Source: Malacoraja senta (taxonomy: Eukaryota). Taken from it: 64,000 nt of DNA. The position numbers and the translations under genes were made by a program. The stretch covers positions 161,510,001 to 161,574,000 of the forward strand of contig CM075977.1 in the NCBI GenBank assembly GCA_038087875.1, in the 5' to 3' direction. This document shows, piece after piece, positions 12,245 through 25,492 of this stretch. The notes beneath the pieces are model-generated. The model saw nothing but the letters and a program-made list of their open reading frames with translations, was not told the origin of the DNA and ran no database searches. Position 1 is the first letter of the stretch, and each line of letters begins with the position of its first letter.

Positions 12245-13066
12245 GCACTAAAATAGGTAGTATCGTGGATAGTGAAGATGGTACTAAGAATTACAGCGGG
12301 ACCTTGATCAGCCTGATCAGTGGGCTGAATGGAATTAATTTTAAATGTGTAAGGTATTGCATTTTAGGAATTCAAACCAGACCAGGACCTGCACAGTGAA
12401 CAGTCGGGCCATGCAGAGTGTTGTACAGCATAGGGATCTCTGAGTACCAGCACATACAGTAGTTTCCTGAAAGAGTCACGCAGGTAGATTGGGTGATTAA
12501 GTCTTTTGGCACGGTGGCCTTCATCAATCAGGGAATTGAGTATAGATGTTGGGATGTTATGCTGCAGTTGCATTATACATTAATGAGACTTGGAGTCTTA
12601 TTTTCAGTTTTGGTCACCCTTCTGTGGGAAAATGCCATTACGTTGGAAAGAATGCAGAAAAGATTTCTGAGGATGTTACTGGTACTTGAGGGCCTGAGCT
12701 GTAGGGAGAAGTTGAGCAGGCTAGAACTTTGTTCCTTGCAGTGCAGGAAACTCGGGAGTAAACTTTTAGGTGCATAAAACCTATAGGGGAATAGATAGGG
12801 GTAGGGGAATCAAGAACTAGAGGGTAAAGGTTAAAACTGAGGGGAAAGAATCTGAGAGGCAACGTTTTCACACAGAGTGGTTCGTATATAAAACAAGCTT
12901 CCAAAGGAAGTTGTTATGGCAGGTACGATAACTACATTTAAAAGACATTTAAACAGGTACATGAATAAGAAACGTTTAGAGGGATATTAGACAGACGTGG
13001 GCAAACGGGTCTAGCTTAGATTAGCATCATGGATGGCATGGACGAGTTGGGCTGAAAGGTCCTGTC
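12245..13066 (+). mobile_element. CR1 LINE 3' fragment
   Basis: FINQGIEYRCWDVMLQLHYTL...LERMQKRFLRMLLVLEGLSCREKLSRL plus CR1 3' UTR. Confidence 0.9.
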
Positions 13067-13458
13067 TGACTGACTGACTTTAAACAAGGATAACTTGCTT
13101 CCACTCTGCTTCTGTCTGTTCTGAGATGGCTAATGAGGCCAATGAGGGAACTGTAGATTATTGAACAAATATGCTGGTGTTGATTTGGCAACTAATTATT
13201 TAGTGCTGCTTTTTTTCTGCAATGTCCTGGCCTCATGATATGCTATTTTTTTTTCAAACAGTGGAAAACAAAAAAAATAATTTTAGTTTTTTAATATAGC
13301 TTTGATCCAATTTTGTGATTGTTTTACCCAATTGAGAGAACTTGTACTTTTCCTTAAATCTGGGAAAGTCCAATAACAAACCCAATAATTGTCTTGCTTG
13401 TACAGCCAAACCTAGTATGGATCATTTGGATATAATTTTGCATCTTATTTTTCCTTAG

Positions 13459-13602
13459 GAAGAGCCCAAGAAGGTACGCTTTGATTATGACTTATTCCTG
13501 CATCTTGAGGGACATCCACCTGTAAATCATCTCCGTTGTGAAAAACTCACCTTCAACAATCCAACAGAGGAATTCCGTCGGAAGCTGCTGAAAGCAGGAG
13601 GG
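13459..13602 (+). CDS. MLLT3: MLLT3/AF9 coding exon (exon 4 equivalent), end of YEATS domain
   Basis: ccttAG|GAAGAG...GGAGGG|GTaggt, 144 bp. Encodes [64 protein letters not shown] and FRRKLLK are AF9-type rather than ENL/MLLT1-type. Confidence 0.98.
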
Positions 13603-15306
13603 GTAGGTTCTTTCATAGGCTATTAGTTGAGTGGTGCAGAAGCTGATTATTGTGGTGAATGGAAACGTGCATCCCTTTAGTCAAGGTTAATGGACTGGAT
13701 TTTGCAGTCAACATCAAATGACGGTGCTTGCCAGGGGAGAAAATAAAATTGCCCACAGCGATCAGTGAATTCAGTCGTGATGTACCCCAACCCCCATTAA
13801 CAGTGAGAGTGGGAAAGGGAAGAATGTTTGCATTCATCAACAGCAGTGTAATCAATTAATGTTAGAATCGAGTTGATTCTCACAAAGAGCAAGCAAGCCA
13901 GGAGTTTGGGAGCACAATTTAAAAATAGATTTTTAAACTTGGTATGGAGCATGAAATGAAGATTGGAATTTGCAATGAAGATTGTCGGCTGAAGTATCAA
14001 ATATTTTAAGAAAAATTGAAATGTAGAATCGTGAAATCTGATGGTGAGATACTCCCGACTCAGTTTTCTTCTTGGCCCAAAGTGGTTGTTCGGCACTCAT
14101 CTTGACTTAACAGCATCAAAACCTAATTTGCTAACATTTTCTGGATATATTACAATGAAATAGTTCATAAATACTTGCGGTTCTTATCAGAAATGAATGA
14201 TTTGGCAGCCACCTTGCTGAATATTGTTGCACAGCTCAGCCTGAGGGTAGGTATCACTGGCAGCATCGTATGCATGTTTATGTTTGCGTACTCCAGATAT
14301 TGTTCGTGGGAGCAAATACTGAGTTTTGCTGCTGTTTCAACTGCAAAATCATGGCCACTACAATCAATTTTTGAAATGCCGGCATCAGCTAGTTAACAGA
14401 CATCAAGATCAGTTTGATTTACTGGGATAAGTTCTGTTCTGTTCATTCCCATGTGGAATGTGGGGAGATGTCCAGAGGTTTGTTCTGTTTCATTAAACTG
14501 GAACATCCAAGTTGCACTGAAAAGTGCAGCTTTTTCTCAAGTGCTTATACAAAACATATATTTGATGATGGACATTTTCTGACCTGCCAAAATTTGGTAG
14601 TTGATTAGTTTGTCCCTGATCTGTCTGCAGCTCATGTTTTGTTGTTTGCCACAAGCTGTGTGGCAAGTTCCTTTTTAAAGTCAATTTGTCGACTTGCCTT
14701 AAATCTCATCTTTTACATAAATCTCTCCAAGAAATGTACAATGTGCAACATGGTGCTTAAAAGGGAGGATGAGAGATATGACATTATGTGATAAGAAAGA
14801 CGTCTTCATTTTGCCTTTATCATAGCCGTGCTTTCTGATAGCGTCACTGTCTTTTCACACTTTCTGCATTTCTCCTGGCCTGTCTCCCAATGTCTCTTGG
14901 TTATCTTTAGCCAACTGTCCTGCTCGCCTGTTACTCCTGTACTTGCTGATCTATGTTGGCTCCTGATCTGCATTTAAACAGCTATGGTTTGGGTTCATCC
15001 ATGTCCTTTAAACACCCTAACTCCTCATCTGTAACTTCTGTCTATTACTAATGATAGCATTATTTGCTTTTCCCACTTCCTATTGTTGTTCAACTCTCAT
15101 TCGTCTGCAGAAGTCCCATGTTGAGGAATTCACTCCTTGAAAGAGAGATGAATGGATTTTAAATTACTTACAACCCAGCAGGGTTTTTCATCATAATTCT
15201 TAAGGGGAGGAAAGTCCCCCTTTTCGGGATGTTCAAATCATTCTTGCTGTTCTCTTGCAGTTGCTTTGTGCCTAACGAGATACTTTGTCCAGTTGATGAG
15301 AATTAA

Positions 15307-15542
15307 AGGGCCTGTCCCACTTGCCGATTTTTTTCGGCGACTGCCGGCATCATTGACTGACGTATCACGTCACCGAAAAATTTGCGGCGTGACGCGGCCG
15401 TGATGCCGTATGACGTGCGGTGTTTTTTCAAGTGTTGCAACATTTTTTTGTCGCCGCTCGATTTTGAAATGTTCAAAATCTTTTGGCGACACTGATATGG
15501 CGCCAGCAGTCGCCGAAAAAATCGCCGAATGGGACAGGCCCT
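15307..15542. mobile_element. PIF/Harbinger-type MITE, 236 bp
   Basis: ~45-bp TIRs AGGGCCTGTCCCACTTGCCGATTTTTTTCGGCGACTGC / GCAGTCGCCGAAAAAATCGCCGAATGGGACAGGCCCT. TAA TSD at 15304-15306 and 15543-15545. Confidence 0.9.
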
Positions 15543-15854
15543 TAAGTTGCTCAGAGGCCTTTGGTGGGGTCACAGGGTGCCTGTGATATCAATTGCTTGG
15601 ACCCAAAGCTCTTGGATTCCCTCCTTGAACCCTTCTGTCTCTCTATCTTCGGGCACTGTTAAAGATCTCTTGGAGCTCACTTTTGACCAGGCCTGAAAAG
15701 CTCAGGCTGTTGTGTCAGAATTTATTAACGGCTCGAGCGAGCATTTCTTTTTTGCAACTCTAAGGATCTTATAATTGCAGGTGTTGAGGAAAAAGTAGAA
15801 GCAATCATCTGTGATTAAGTGAGAAGAAAAAATAACAGCCAGATTTGGGGGGCG

Positions 15855-18835
15855 TAGAGTTGTGCAGCAAATAAAACCAGCTATTTCGGCCCAACTCGTC
15901 CATGCTGACCAAGATGCCCCATCCAGACGAGTTCCATTTGCCTGCACCTGGCCCATATCATTCTAAACCTTTCCTATCCATGAACGTGTTCAAATGTATT
16001 TTTAATGCTATTGTAGCTTGCAAAACTATGTGTGGAAAAACTTGCTCCTTAGGTTTCCATTAAATCTTTCCCTTCCAACTTAAAACTGTCCCCGTAAGTT
16101 CTTGATTTGCCTGGCTTGGGGAAAAGACTCTGTACATTCAACCTATCTATTCCCCTCATGATTTTAGAACCTATAGGGTCAACCCTCAATCTTCTGCACT
16201 CCAATGCATAAAATCCTAGCCTCTCCAACTTCTCCCAATACCTCATGTCCCAGCAACATCTTTGTAATTCTTCTGTGCACTCTTCCCAGTTTAGTGGCAT
16301 ATTTATTCTAGTAGGGTGACCAAAACTGAACATACTAGTCCAAGTACGAACTCACCTATATCCTGCACAACTGTAACATAACATCCCAACTTCTATAGTC
16401 AATTCCCTGACTTACATCCAGCTTCACCACCCTATCCACTCTTGTGCTAGTACTGCCAGATCCCTTTGCTCGACAACACTCGCCAGGGTCCGTTTAATGT
16501 GAAGGCCCTGCCCTGGTTTGACTTCCCAAAATGCAACGCGTCATATTTTTTTGAATTAAACTCCACTTACCATTCCTTGGCTCACTTGCCCAGCTGAACA
16601 AGATACTGCTATAATTCTTGATAAACATCTTCATTTTCATGTCATCTGCAAACATATTAAGCATGCCTTGTACATGTTCATCCAGATTGTTGATAGAGAT
16701 AACAAGCATCAATGGAGCTATCACCGACCCGTGAGACCCACCACTAGGCAAAGGGCAACAGTTTGTGAAACAACCTCCCACTGCTTTCTACCATCGAGCA
16801 AATTCTATATCCAGTTAGCTAGCTCCCCTTGGATCCCATGCGATCTAACCTTCCAGAACACCTTACCATATGGAATATTCATCAAAAGCCTTGTTGAAGT
16901 CTATACAGACACCATCTACAGCCTCATCGACCTTTGTGGTTACTTCAAAACACTCAAGTCAAATTTATGAGACATAATCTCCCACTCATCAAACGATGCT
17001 GGCTATCCCTAATGCACCTCTGTATTTCCAAATGCATGTATATCTTATTGCTCAGAATCCTCCCCAGTACCTTCCCACCACAGATATTAAGCTTACTAGT
17101 ATATAGTTAAGTTTTTCCTTTGCAGTCATTCTTAAATAGAGGCACAGCATTAGTCACCTTCCAGTCTTCTGGCACTTCACCTTTGTATAACTTGGTTAGG
17201 GTAACTGCATTGTTTTCTCTTGCTTCCCACTGCATTTTTGAATATACCTGATCAGGCCCAGGAGATTTATCTACCTTCATACATTTTAGGACATCTATCA
17301 TCTCCCCGACAATGACTGTCCTCAAGACATCTCCATTAACTTTTCCCAGTCTTCATGACTTTCCCCACAGTTAAAACAGAGGAGAAATGTTGATTGAGGA
17401 CCTTGCCCATCTCCTGTAGCTTCACAAATAGATAACCACTTTATTTCTGAGGAGCCCTATTTTCTCTCTTGTTACTCTTTTTCCCTTAATATACATTTAC
17501 CCTGACTTTGGATTCTCCTTAATCTTATTTAGCAGAGCTCTCGTGTCCCCTTTATGCGCTTCTGATTTCCTTCTTGAGTATGCTCATTAATCCGCTGCAC
17601 TCCTCCAGCATCAATGCACTCGATCCCTGCTGCTTGTAGCAGACTCATGCCTTATTTTCCTGACCAGAGCCTCAATTTCTCTTGTCATCTAACGTTCCTA
17701 ACTCCTACCTACCTTGCCCATCAATCTAATGGGGCCATTCTTAATTTGAACTCGCGCTATCGCACTTATAAAAGCATCAAATATTCCGCAAATCCTTATG
17801 CCTGCAGACAAACCGCTCCAAATCTACTTTTGAAAATTCCTGCTAATACCAACAAAGTTGTCCTGCCCCAATTTAGAACTTTTAACTTGTGAACCAGCGC
17901 TATCCTTATACATATGGTAGACATAAAATGCTGGAGTAACTCAGCGGGACAGGCAGTATCTCTGGAGAAGAATGGGTGACGTTTTGGGTTGAGAACTCTC
18001 TTCAGACTCCTTATTCAAAACTATTTTAAAGCTAAAAATAGAGCAGTGTTTGCTGGTCCCAGAGGGCTCATTCACACACCCTTCAGTCACTTGCCCTGCC
18101 CAATTCCCTCAGAGTAGGTCAGCTTTGCCCACTCCCTTGTAATACCCTCTACATATTGCCTGACCAAACTTTCCCTAACACACTTGACAAATTCCACCCT
18201 TGGCACTATGGCAGTCCCAATTTATATTGGGGAAAGTTAAAGTTCCCTACTATGTCAACCCGTTCTTATTTTTTAAGACAAAAAAGTGTTGGTAGGTACA
18301 TCGTTCTTGCTGTAGATGAATCAAAATCCTGAAACTTGCTTAAGCTGTTTCAGGGCCTGATTGCCTCATTTAATGAATACATTTTATATTTTAAACTTTA
18401 GTAATCCTTTTGTAATTTTAAACATTAAAAAAAATGTGAAAATCTTTTTTTTAACTTTTTAGAGGTGCCGGTCGGTACACCATTCTGGAGTTTACCATTA
18501 GAAAAAAAGCACTGAAGAGAATTGTAGTATCTTGCAGCTGTCTGCAATCTCTGACCATATTTGTTCCTCTAATTCCTGTTGATGATTTCTCTGGCCTATA
18601 GAACAATCCTAACAATATGATCATCCATTGTTTTTTTCTCAGCTCCACACATATAGCCTCATTCGGCGATTCATCAGTAAAGTCATCTCTGACCGTTGCC
18701 GCAATGTTCTCCTCAATGAATAAATCCAATTCCTCTCCTCTCTTATCCCCACCTCTCTTGCCTATAGTACCTGTAGCTAGGATCATTAAGCTGCCAGTCC
18801 TGTCCCTCCATAAGTCAGGTTTCCATAATGGTTAT
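15855..18835 (-). mobile_element. Long degenerate CR1 LINE (endonuclease to 3' end) with nested insertions
   Basis: Endonuclease remnant (EAICVELRKK...LGLFYRP), VDKSPGPD, VPEDWKVTNAVPLFK, MFADDMK, LERLGFYALECRRLRVD and 3' UTR. Interrupted at 17915-18007 and about 18265-18525. Confidence 0.92.
17915..18007 (-). mobile_element. Single-arm Penelope pLTR mini-insertion
   Basis: gtagacataaaatgctggagtaactcagcggg...tcttcagac, flanked by imperfect direct repeats tccttatacata (17903-17914) / tccttattcaaa (18008-18019). Confidence 0.8.
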
Positions 18836-19456
18836 AAGATACCATTATTCCATAATGGTTATAAAGCATCTTAAACAATGGTTTTTAATCTTCTTAAAAC
18901 AATTTATAAAATTTTACTTTTATCAGCACATGTTATTGAAACTTTATAAGCATGAGATGATATTGGTTAATATTTTTGATCTGTACAACGTGTTGATTTG
19001 TAAAATTGATTATTGCTTCCAGTCCTCTTATTAGAAATGTACTCATTATAATTGTAAGATTTATTCTGTCTTTATCTTGCAATGTTTACTGTGGGGGAAA
19101 GGCTTATGTGCAATCAGGATTGCATGTTTGTGATTTTTCTGACATCCATAAGGTAGAGTTGTATGCAATTTTAGCTCTCCAAAACTGGGAGGAACCCTTC
19201 TAGATATCTTTCGCAAATTAGCCGCATCATTTCATGGAGAAACCTCTGTTTATTACTGATGCAGTTCTGATGATTGTTGCTGCCTGGCTAAACACTGACT
19301 GAAGTAGTTTAATTTTGTGAATTTGCAGTTCATGCATTAAATCCACAATTATTATCTATTTCAAGATTACTTCATAGTAAGAAGAAAGAAAATTAGGTAG
19401 AATATATCTTGGAAACTACCTGTCTATACCGAAGTAGACAAACAGTAGATCATGGG

Positions 19457-19610
19457 ATAGACACAAAATGCTGGAGTAACTCAGCGGGACAGGCAGCAGC
19501 TCTGGAGAGAAGGAATGGGTGACATTTCGGGTCGAGACCCTTCAGTCTGTAGAAGGGGCTCGACCCAAAACATCACCCATTCATTCTCTCCATCTGCAGT
19601 TCTTTCCTAC
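19457..19610. mobile_element. Palindromic Penelope-derived mini-element with 15-bp TSD
   Basis: Inverted arms around 19545. TSD acagtagaYcatggg at 19442-19456 and 19611-19625. Confidence 0.88.
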
Positions 19611-19639
19611 ACAGTAGACCATGGGTACGGATACAGACA

Positions 19640-20470
19640 TTGCCAAAAGCTTTCAGTAAAAGAGTGAATACAGTAGTATTCATAACTGAAAGTATAGACA
19701 TAAAAGCAATATTAAGAACCTTACCACACCACATTTGGAGTACTTTCAATAGTTCTATAGTTCTGGCACCTCGATTAGAAAGGCATCAGGTAGGCATCGG
19801 GGAACATAGCAAACCATACTTACTGCCAGAATACAGACGTTCAGAAAAATTGTGCTAGCTACAACTTTTTGCTCTTGATGCTCTTGGACTTTAGTGATCC
19901 GGCACAGGTCTTCAAGATTCTGAGAGGTTTGTGCAGAATAAACTCCACTTAAACTCACAAATCTTTGTAACAGAGGAGGCCAGTTAGCCCCTTGTTTGTG
20001 ACAACTAAGGAATCGCTATCTCAACCCAACATCATTTCCCAGGTCTTACTTGGTTGCTCTTTAAATTAAAATGCATTCTGTGATTATCCAGACACTAAAA
20101 GTAGAAAGACGGTTTCTACTTCTACCACATTCGAAGTGATGAGTTCTGGCTATCACTGGCTTTATGGATAAAAAGGAAAAATACTATGAGCACCTCTCCA
20201 ATCAATCATTTAAAAACTCTGCCACCAATCCCACCCAATGCCCAGTTCATGGCCACTGCAATATAAAATACATCCTTCCCATTCACCTTAATGAGGTCCT
20301 TTTGTAATCACATATATATTGATTAAGTCTCCTCTTGGCAACCTCTGTTCCAAAACAACTTCCAGTCTTCCCTTATCTGTAATCCACCTGAGCTGCAGAC
20401 CTTTTGTATCTTCCTCTGTGTGATTCTCTGAATCAGCAATGTCCTGCAGCTAAGTGATAGGAATTGTATT
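19640..20470. mobile_element. Two old CR1 fragments in opposite orientation
   Basis: The + strand piece at 19640-19950 (LRTLPHHIWS...) and the - strand 3' piece at about 19970-20470 both resemble other CR1 copies in the window. Confidence 0.5.
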
Positions 20471-22185
20471 CAAATTGAAGGTAAATATTAATTTTTATCA
20501 AATATAATAACAATATGAGGCTATAGCTCGAGGTTTATTGGTTTTATTGCATATAGGCATGAGTCTGTAAGGTGTGTCTGGAGCGAAACACTTGTAGCAT
20601 TGAACAGGAAACTTTACTTCTTGGAGCAGTAGCTTCAGGAATTGGGTGTTGGATTGTTTTTAACGGGAAGATGTCAATTTGAAGCAACGAGGGTGGAATT
20701 CAAACCTCCTTCTGTATTTTTCTTTGACAATCTTGTGCAGGCTCTTAATAGCAACATTGGGCAGCAACATGTGCAGGTTTTGGGTGGGAAGCGGAAATGA
20801 AGACATAATCATTATGTGCTCACCCTTGGAAAGATAAATCTACAATTTAATGTTTTTGAAATAAATGTTAATTGCTATGAATAAATCAGTTACCCTGATC
20901 ACCAGACCAACATGGGTAACAACTGTGGCTGCGGTAGAAATGATAAAACAATCGTTGCCAGTTTTTTCCATTTTTGATAATAAAGATTTAAAACCCAGAG
21001 TTTGCTCTGTTTAACATTTTTATTGAGGAGCAAACTTGAGTTTAGTTTTTTCTGTATTTGTGTTATTTTGTTGGACAGTATTATAACATATTTTCTTCTC
21101 CAATATTGTTAAAATGAGCTGGATTATACTGAATTAGACATAAATGTTGCACTTGCTTCTATCATCACACTTTTATTCCCACTGAGCTGCTTGCTTCTTG
21201 CAGACCAGTGCACGGGGCAGAGCCATACATAAGCAGTGAGTAGACCAAAGGTGGTGGGATTATAGGTCCATTACCCAGACCACCTCGATGAACTCCCATC
21301 AGGTCATGCCACCGATGACCGATCTACAGCTTAGGATCCACATATGAAGTGTATCTGCCTCATCAGCTCTGCAGTCCTGCTTTCATTAAACTCTATTGAG
21401 ACTGGTGGCAGATGAAGGGTTTGGACCTGCTGCAATCTGATGTAAATTATGTTCCATCCTTGCACCCTCTAGTACCTGGGTGTGGAAGTCTGGAAATGGC
21501 TGATGTGCACATCATAACCAACCAGTGGTTCCCTGCAGAAGTTCCTGAGCCGTTGGCTCTATCAAGCCCTTTATGGCACTGAAGACCTTTAACAGTATTA
21601 TGGTCTTTAGATGCTTGGTGAAAAATACTGAAACAGCATTTATAAGGCCTGTTATTGAAATGTGCCATTAAAGTAGAGAAAATTGCTTTTATTCGAGCTG
21701 TTTCATTTATGAAGCAGCAAGCTTTAATGGACTCGTAGGTAAATGATAAGTTTATTATCTGTGATTTATATTATGTACTCTTAGGTGATCTATTTTCCAA
21801 GCAAAACATCTGCATTTGTGCCAATTGAATTGTTCAACTTGATGTGCTGCCCAAAAATCAACATGCTGGATCTTGGCCATTGTAACTTTATCTTCTGATA
21901 AATTAAAATACAAATTATATTGCAGGCATTAAGTTTCTGTATGGATGAGATTTCAAGGGAATCAATTAAGATTTGGTCAACAAGGATGATGTGATAATTT
22001 TTGTATCTTTTCCAAAGTTGTTGGGATTTTTTTTCATTTTAAATCGTTCCATATACAGGGCTCGAAATTAGCGGTTGCCCGGGTGCCAATGGCAACTTAC
22101 AATCCCGTCGGGCAACCTAAAAGCCATGCCATTTTGCCAGGCTTGGCAAGCAACTGGGATACCCGCCCGCCATCCGTGTCCGGGT

Positions 22186-22302
22186 CTCGGCTCTCTGCTC
22201 GGCGCTAGCTCTCGGCACTCGGCTCGGCTCTCGGCGCTCAGCTCTCCGCTCGGCGCTAGCTCTCAGGTCTCCGCTCGGCGCTAGCTCTCGGGTCTCCGCT
22301 AG
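22186..22302 (+). repeat. GC-rich degenerate tandem repeat (CTCGGCGCTAGCT-containing units)
   Basis: ctcggcgctagctctc recurs at about 22198, 22248 and 22274, with related shorter units. Confidence 0.8.
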
Positions 22303-22584
22303 GCACGGCCGGCCGCCGAGCACATCATCGGCCGTGGTTGTGCGCAAGTGCGGCCCTGGTCGGCGTCGGCCACTCCCTCCCTTTGCATTGTGGGAGTTCT
22401 GGCCGCCATTGCTGTCCGGTCGCTGCCTCACCGCGACCGCTGAAAAACAACGCAGAATCACTCCCTGGAGCTGCAGTAACTCCCTGGAGTAACTCTTGCT
22501 TCTTGGTTTCCTGGTCCTCCAAAAATATTCGAAATGGAATTTAAACTGGTGGACCCACCACCACCAAACTCCAAACTCTGAAAA

Positions 22585-22771
22585 ATAACAGCCTATTGCA
22601 TTTTATCTGTTTATTTATTGTATATATATATGGTCTATAGTATATAGACACACTGAACTTTTATCTCCTGTTCTGTATTATGTTTACATATTCTGTTGTG
22701 CTGCAGCAAGCAAGAATTTCATTGCCCTATCTGGGACACATGACAATAAAACTCTCTTGACTCTTGACTTG
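22585..22771 (+). mobile_element. Rex/Babar-type LINE 3' tail
   Basis: ...gctgcagcaagcaagaatttcattg...gacaataaaactctcttgactcttgacttg. An inverted copy lies at 23076-23190 and a partial copy at 7915-7977. Confidence 0.65.
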
Positions 22772-22971
22772 CTTAAGCAAAAAAGGGTTCTTGGGAAAAA
22801 AAAAAGCTACCTTAAATTTAGTTGCATCTGGTTGGTACCTATGGTAGGGTGAAGACTATTCCATGATTTAATTGTGCGGGGAAACTTCATGGAGCAGCCA
22901 GCATCTCTGGATAGAAAAAATTGGGTGACGTTTCGGGTAGAAACTCTTCTTTACATTTCCTCTGGTTTTAG

Positions 22972-23285
22972 TGTTTTTAGTTTAATTTAAAGATACAGCG
23001 TGGAAACAGGCCCACCGAGTCCACGCCGACCACCGATCACCTGTACTCTAGTTCTATCCCACACATCAGCGACGTAAGTCAAGAGTGTTTTATTCTCTCA
23101 CGTCCCAGTTAGAACAATGAAATCCTTACTTGCAGCAGCACAACAGAATATGTAAACATAGTACTCTGTAAACAATGTTATAAACGAGAAAACAAAACTC
23201 CATACAGACAGCACCCATATTCAGGATCAATTCCGGGTCTCTGGAAATTTTAGGCAGCAAATGTATGGCCATTGTACTGCCCCAA
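22972..23285 (-). mobile_element. HE1-like V-SINE interrupted by a Rex-type tail (23076-23190)
   Basis: 3' half (tttagtttaatttaaagatacagcgtggaaacaggccc) and 5' half (aaactccatacagacagcacc...aggcagca) flank the insert. Confidence 0.7.
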
Positions 23286-23423
23286 TAGCCTTGAACTGAA
23301 TTAAAACATACAGTGGGTGTAAAGGGGGACATAGCGTCACTTAGAGATTTAAGACTGAAAATGGATAGTTTCTTTTTTTTTAGTAACCAAAGTATAATTT
23401 TTTGTGTGTTGGAAAATAAAATA

Positions 23424-23652
23424 TAGTGGCACAGCTGGTGGACTTGCTGCCTCACACGCCAGAGATCTGTGTTCGATCCTGTTCTCAGGTACTGTCTGTG
23501 TTGAATTTGCACAGTCTCCCTGCAAGCATGTTGGTTTCCTCCCACATCCCAAAGACGCATTGGCTTTGTAGGTTAACTTGTCTCTGTAAAATTGCCTCTA
23601 ATGTGCAGGGAGTGGGTGAGGAAAGTGGGATAACAGAACTTGTGTGAATGGG
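23424..23652 (+). mobile_element. HE1-like V-SINE
   Basis: GTGGCACAGCTGGTGGACTTGCTGCCTCAC...GTTCGATCC...GGTTTCCTCCCACATCCCAAAGAC... Confidence 0.82.
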
Positions 23653-23653
23653 T

Positions 23654-24090
23654 AAACAAAAATGCTGGAGAAACTCAGCAGGTGTGGCAGCATCTACGGA
23701 GCGAAGGAAATAGGCGACTTTTCGGGTCGAGACCCTTCTTCAGACTGATGTCGGGAGGGGTGGGGGGTGGGAAAAATAAAGGAAGAGGCGGAGACAGTAG
23801 GCTGTGGGAGAGCTGGGAATGGGAGGGGGAGGAGGGAGAAAGCAAGGACTACTTGAAATTGGAGAAGCCAATGTTCATACTGCTGGGGTGTAAACTACCC
23901 AAGCAAAATATGAGGTGCTGTTCCTCCAATTTGCGGTGGGCCTCACTCTGGCCATGGAGCAGCCCAGGACAGAAAGGAATGGGAGGGGGAGTTGAAGTGC
24001 TGAGCCACCGGGAGATCAGGTTGGTTATTGCGATCTGAGTGGAGGTGTTGTGCGAAGCGATCGTCAAGCCTGCGCTTGGTCTCACCGAGG
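23654..24090 (-). mobile_element. Penelope-like element 3' fragment (GIY-YIG endonuclease C-terminus plus pLTR hammerhead core)
   Basis: Minus strand GETKRRLDDRFAQHL...DLPVAQHFNSPSH...RKLEEQHLIFCLGSLHPSSMNIGFSNFK*. Core CTGAAGA-A-GGGTCTCGACCC-GAAA-AGTC at 23743-23716. Confidence 0.9.
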
Positions 24091-25492
24091 TTGATCATAC
24101 GCTGAATAACCATATTTTTGTTTGGAAGTGGAAAGAGATAATAGAAATTGCATTCATTGCAACGTGTAAAAAGAGATAAGATACTGTATTATAATTTTGC
24201 TGCATGTCATTGTGGTATATATCATGTCTTGATTGGTGAATATGTTTAGTTTGTGACTTTATTTGAAGCAGAAATAATATGTGAATGGTTCATTGAGCAT
24301 AATTCCGACTGGTAACTACGCACTTCGTCCGAGCACACGTCATGCAAGCCATCTTAATTGACCACCTAAACTGTCATTTGACAACCTAAAAAGCTGCCGA
24401 GGTTGCCCGGCTGGCAACAGGGGAAAAAAGTTAAGCGAGAGCCCTAATATACCAATTGAAATTAATTTAATATGTTTGTGACTGACCCATCAACATTTAT
24501 ACCTTAAAGTTGTTGCACAAAACCAGTGTAAAATATTTTTCCTCGTAAATTTTATTACGCCTCTTTGTACCTTTCAGGTGCAAAGGGACTGCTTCTCTTT
24601 TTTACCATTTGGTTTTCAAATGGTGTATGCCATCAAAAAAAATACTTCTCCATTTTCAACTTTTTAACAATCCATTATCATGTTGTTATAATAGTCTTGG
24701 ATTTTTATTTGAAACCCTAGTACTGTGCAACAACTGTTTTCAATGTGTGTGGTCTGATGGTTTATTACCCAAAGGATACTATTCAGGGGTGTCACTAAGA
24801 TTTAAAAGCCTTGGTATCTGGGATGAGGTGGTGATGGAGGCTGGTACTGAAAAGTCGACATTTTCCCACAGATTTTTGAACAGATGTGAAATGTACTCAA
24901 ACAATTTTAAGACAACAGTTGTGGAAGGTCTAGAGTGTAATTACATGGATTTAATGCACCTGATGATCTAAGTTGCAAACATTTTCATATAAATATTTTC
25001 ACTTTTCAAAAATATTTAGCATGGTGATTAGCTGTTAACCTCTCTTAGTATTGAGCCTCTTTTCCTACAGCAATTGCCCATTAGACATGACAGTCCAGCT
25101 GTTGCATTTTAAAGTTATCTGTTGAAATGTTATCATTGGTAATTATGCTGGACAAGAAATCTGTATGGGTTTTAATTGTCTACCAGAGCATGTTAGTCGA
25201 AGGTACTAACTAGTGCTGACTGTCTTTCACTGGAAAGTGCATAGCAGTCCCAGTGTACTCTACCCTGTGAGCAATTATCTTCTTTATGGTTAATTAAATA
25301 TTGTGGATACTTGCCATTGATATCTGCTTAAAGTCCTGAATGAGTAGGAATATGGTGAGACTTTATCTCTATATCAGGTGTTGAAGATCCAATTGTAGCC
25401 CTTTTGCTGCATCCTCATTACTCAGCATATATTTTGTTTTCCAAATCTTTCATTGAAAGGGATGACTATTTTTCCCCCTTTCTACTTCGCAG

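Larger units (their letters stand above)
22056..24446. mobile_element. hAT-like non-autonomous DNA transposon with nested SINE/Rex/Penelope pieces
   Basis: Termini CAGGGCTC... / ...GAGCCCTA. GGTTGCC/GGCAAC subterminal motifs repeat at both ends, ATATA is duplicated at 22051-22055 and 24447-24451, and there is an internal GC-rich tandem repeat. Confidence 0.72.

Noticed and set aside
18821-18865. 17-bp direct repeat ttccataatggttataa
   Set aside because: Small local duplication at the 5' junction of a CR1 with no further structure.
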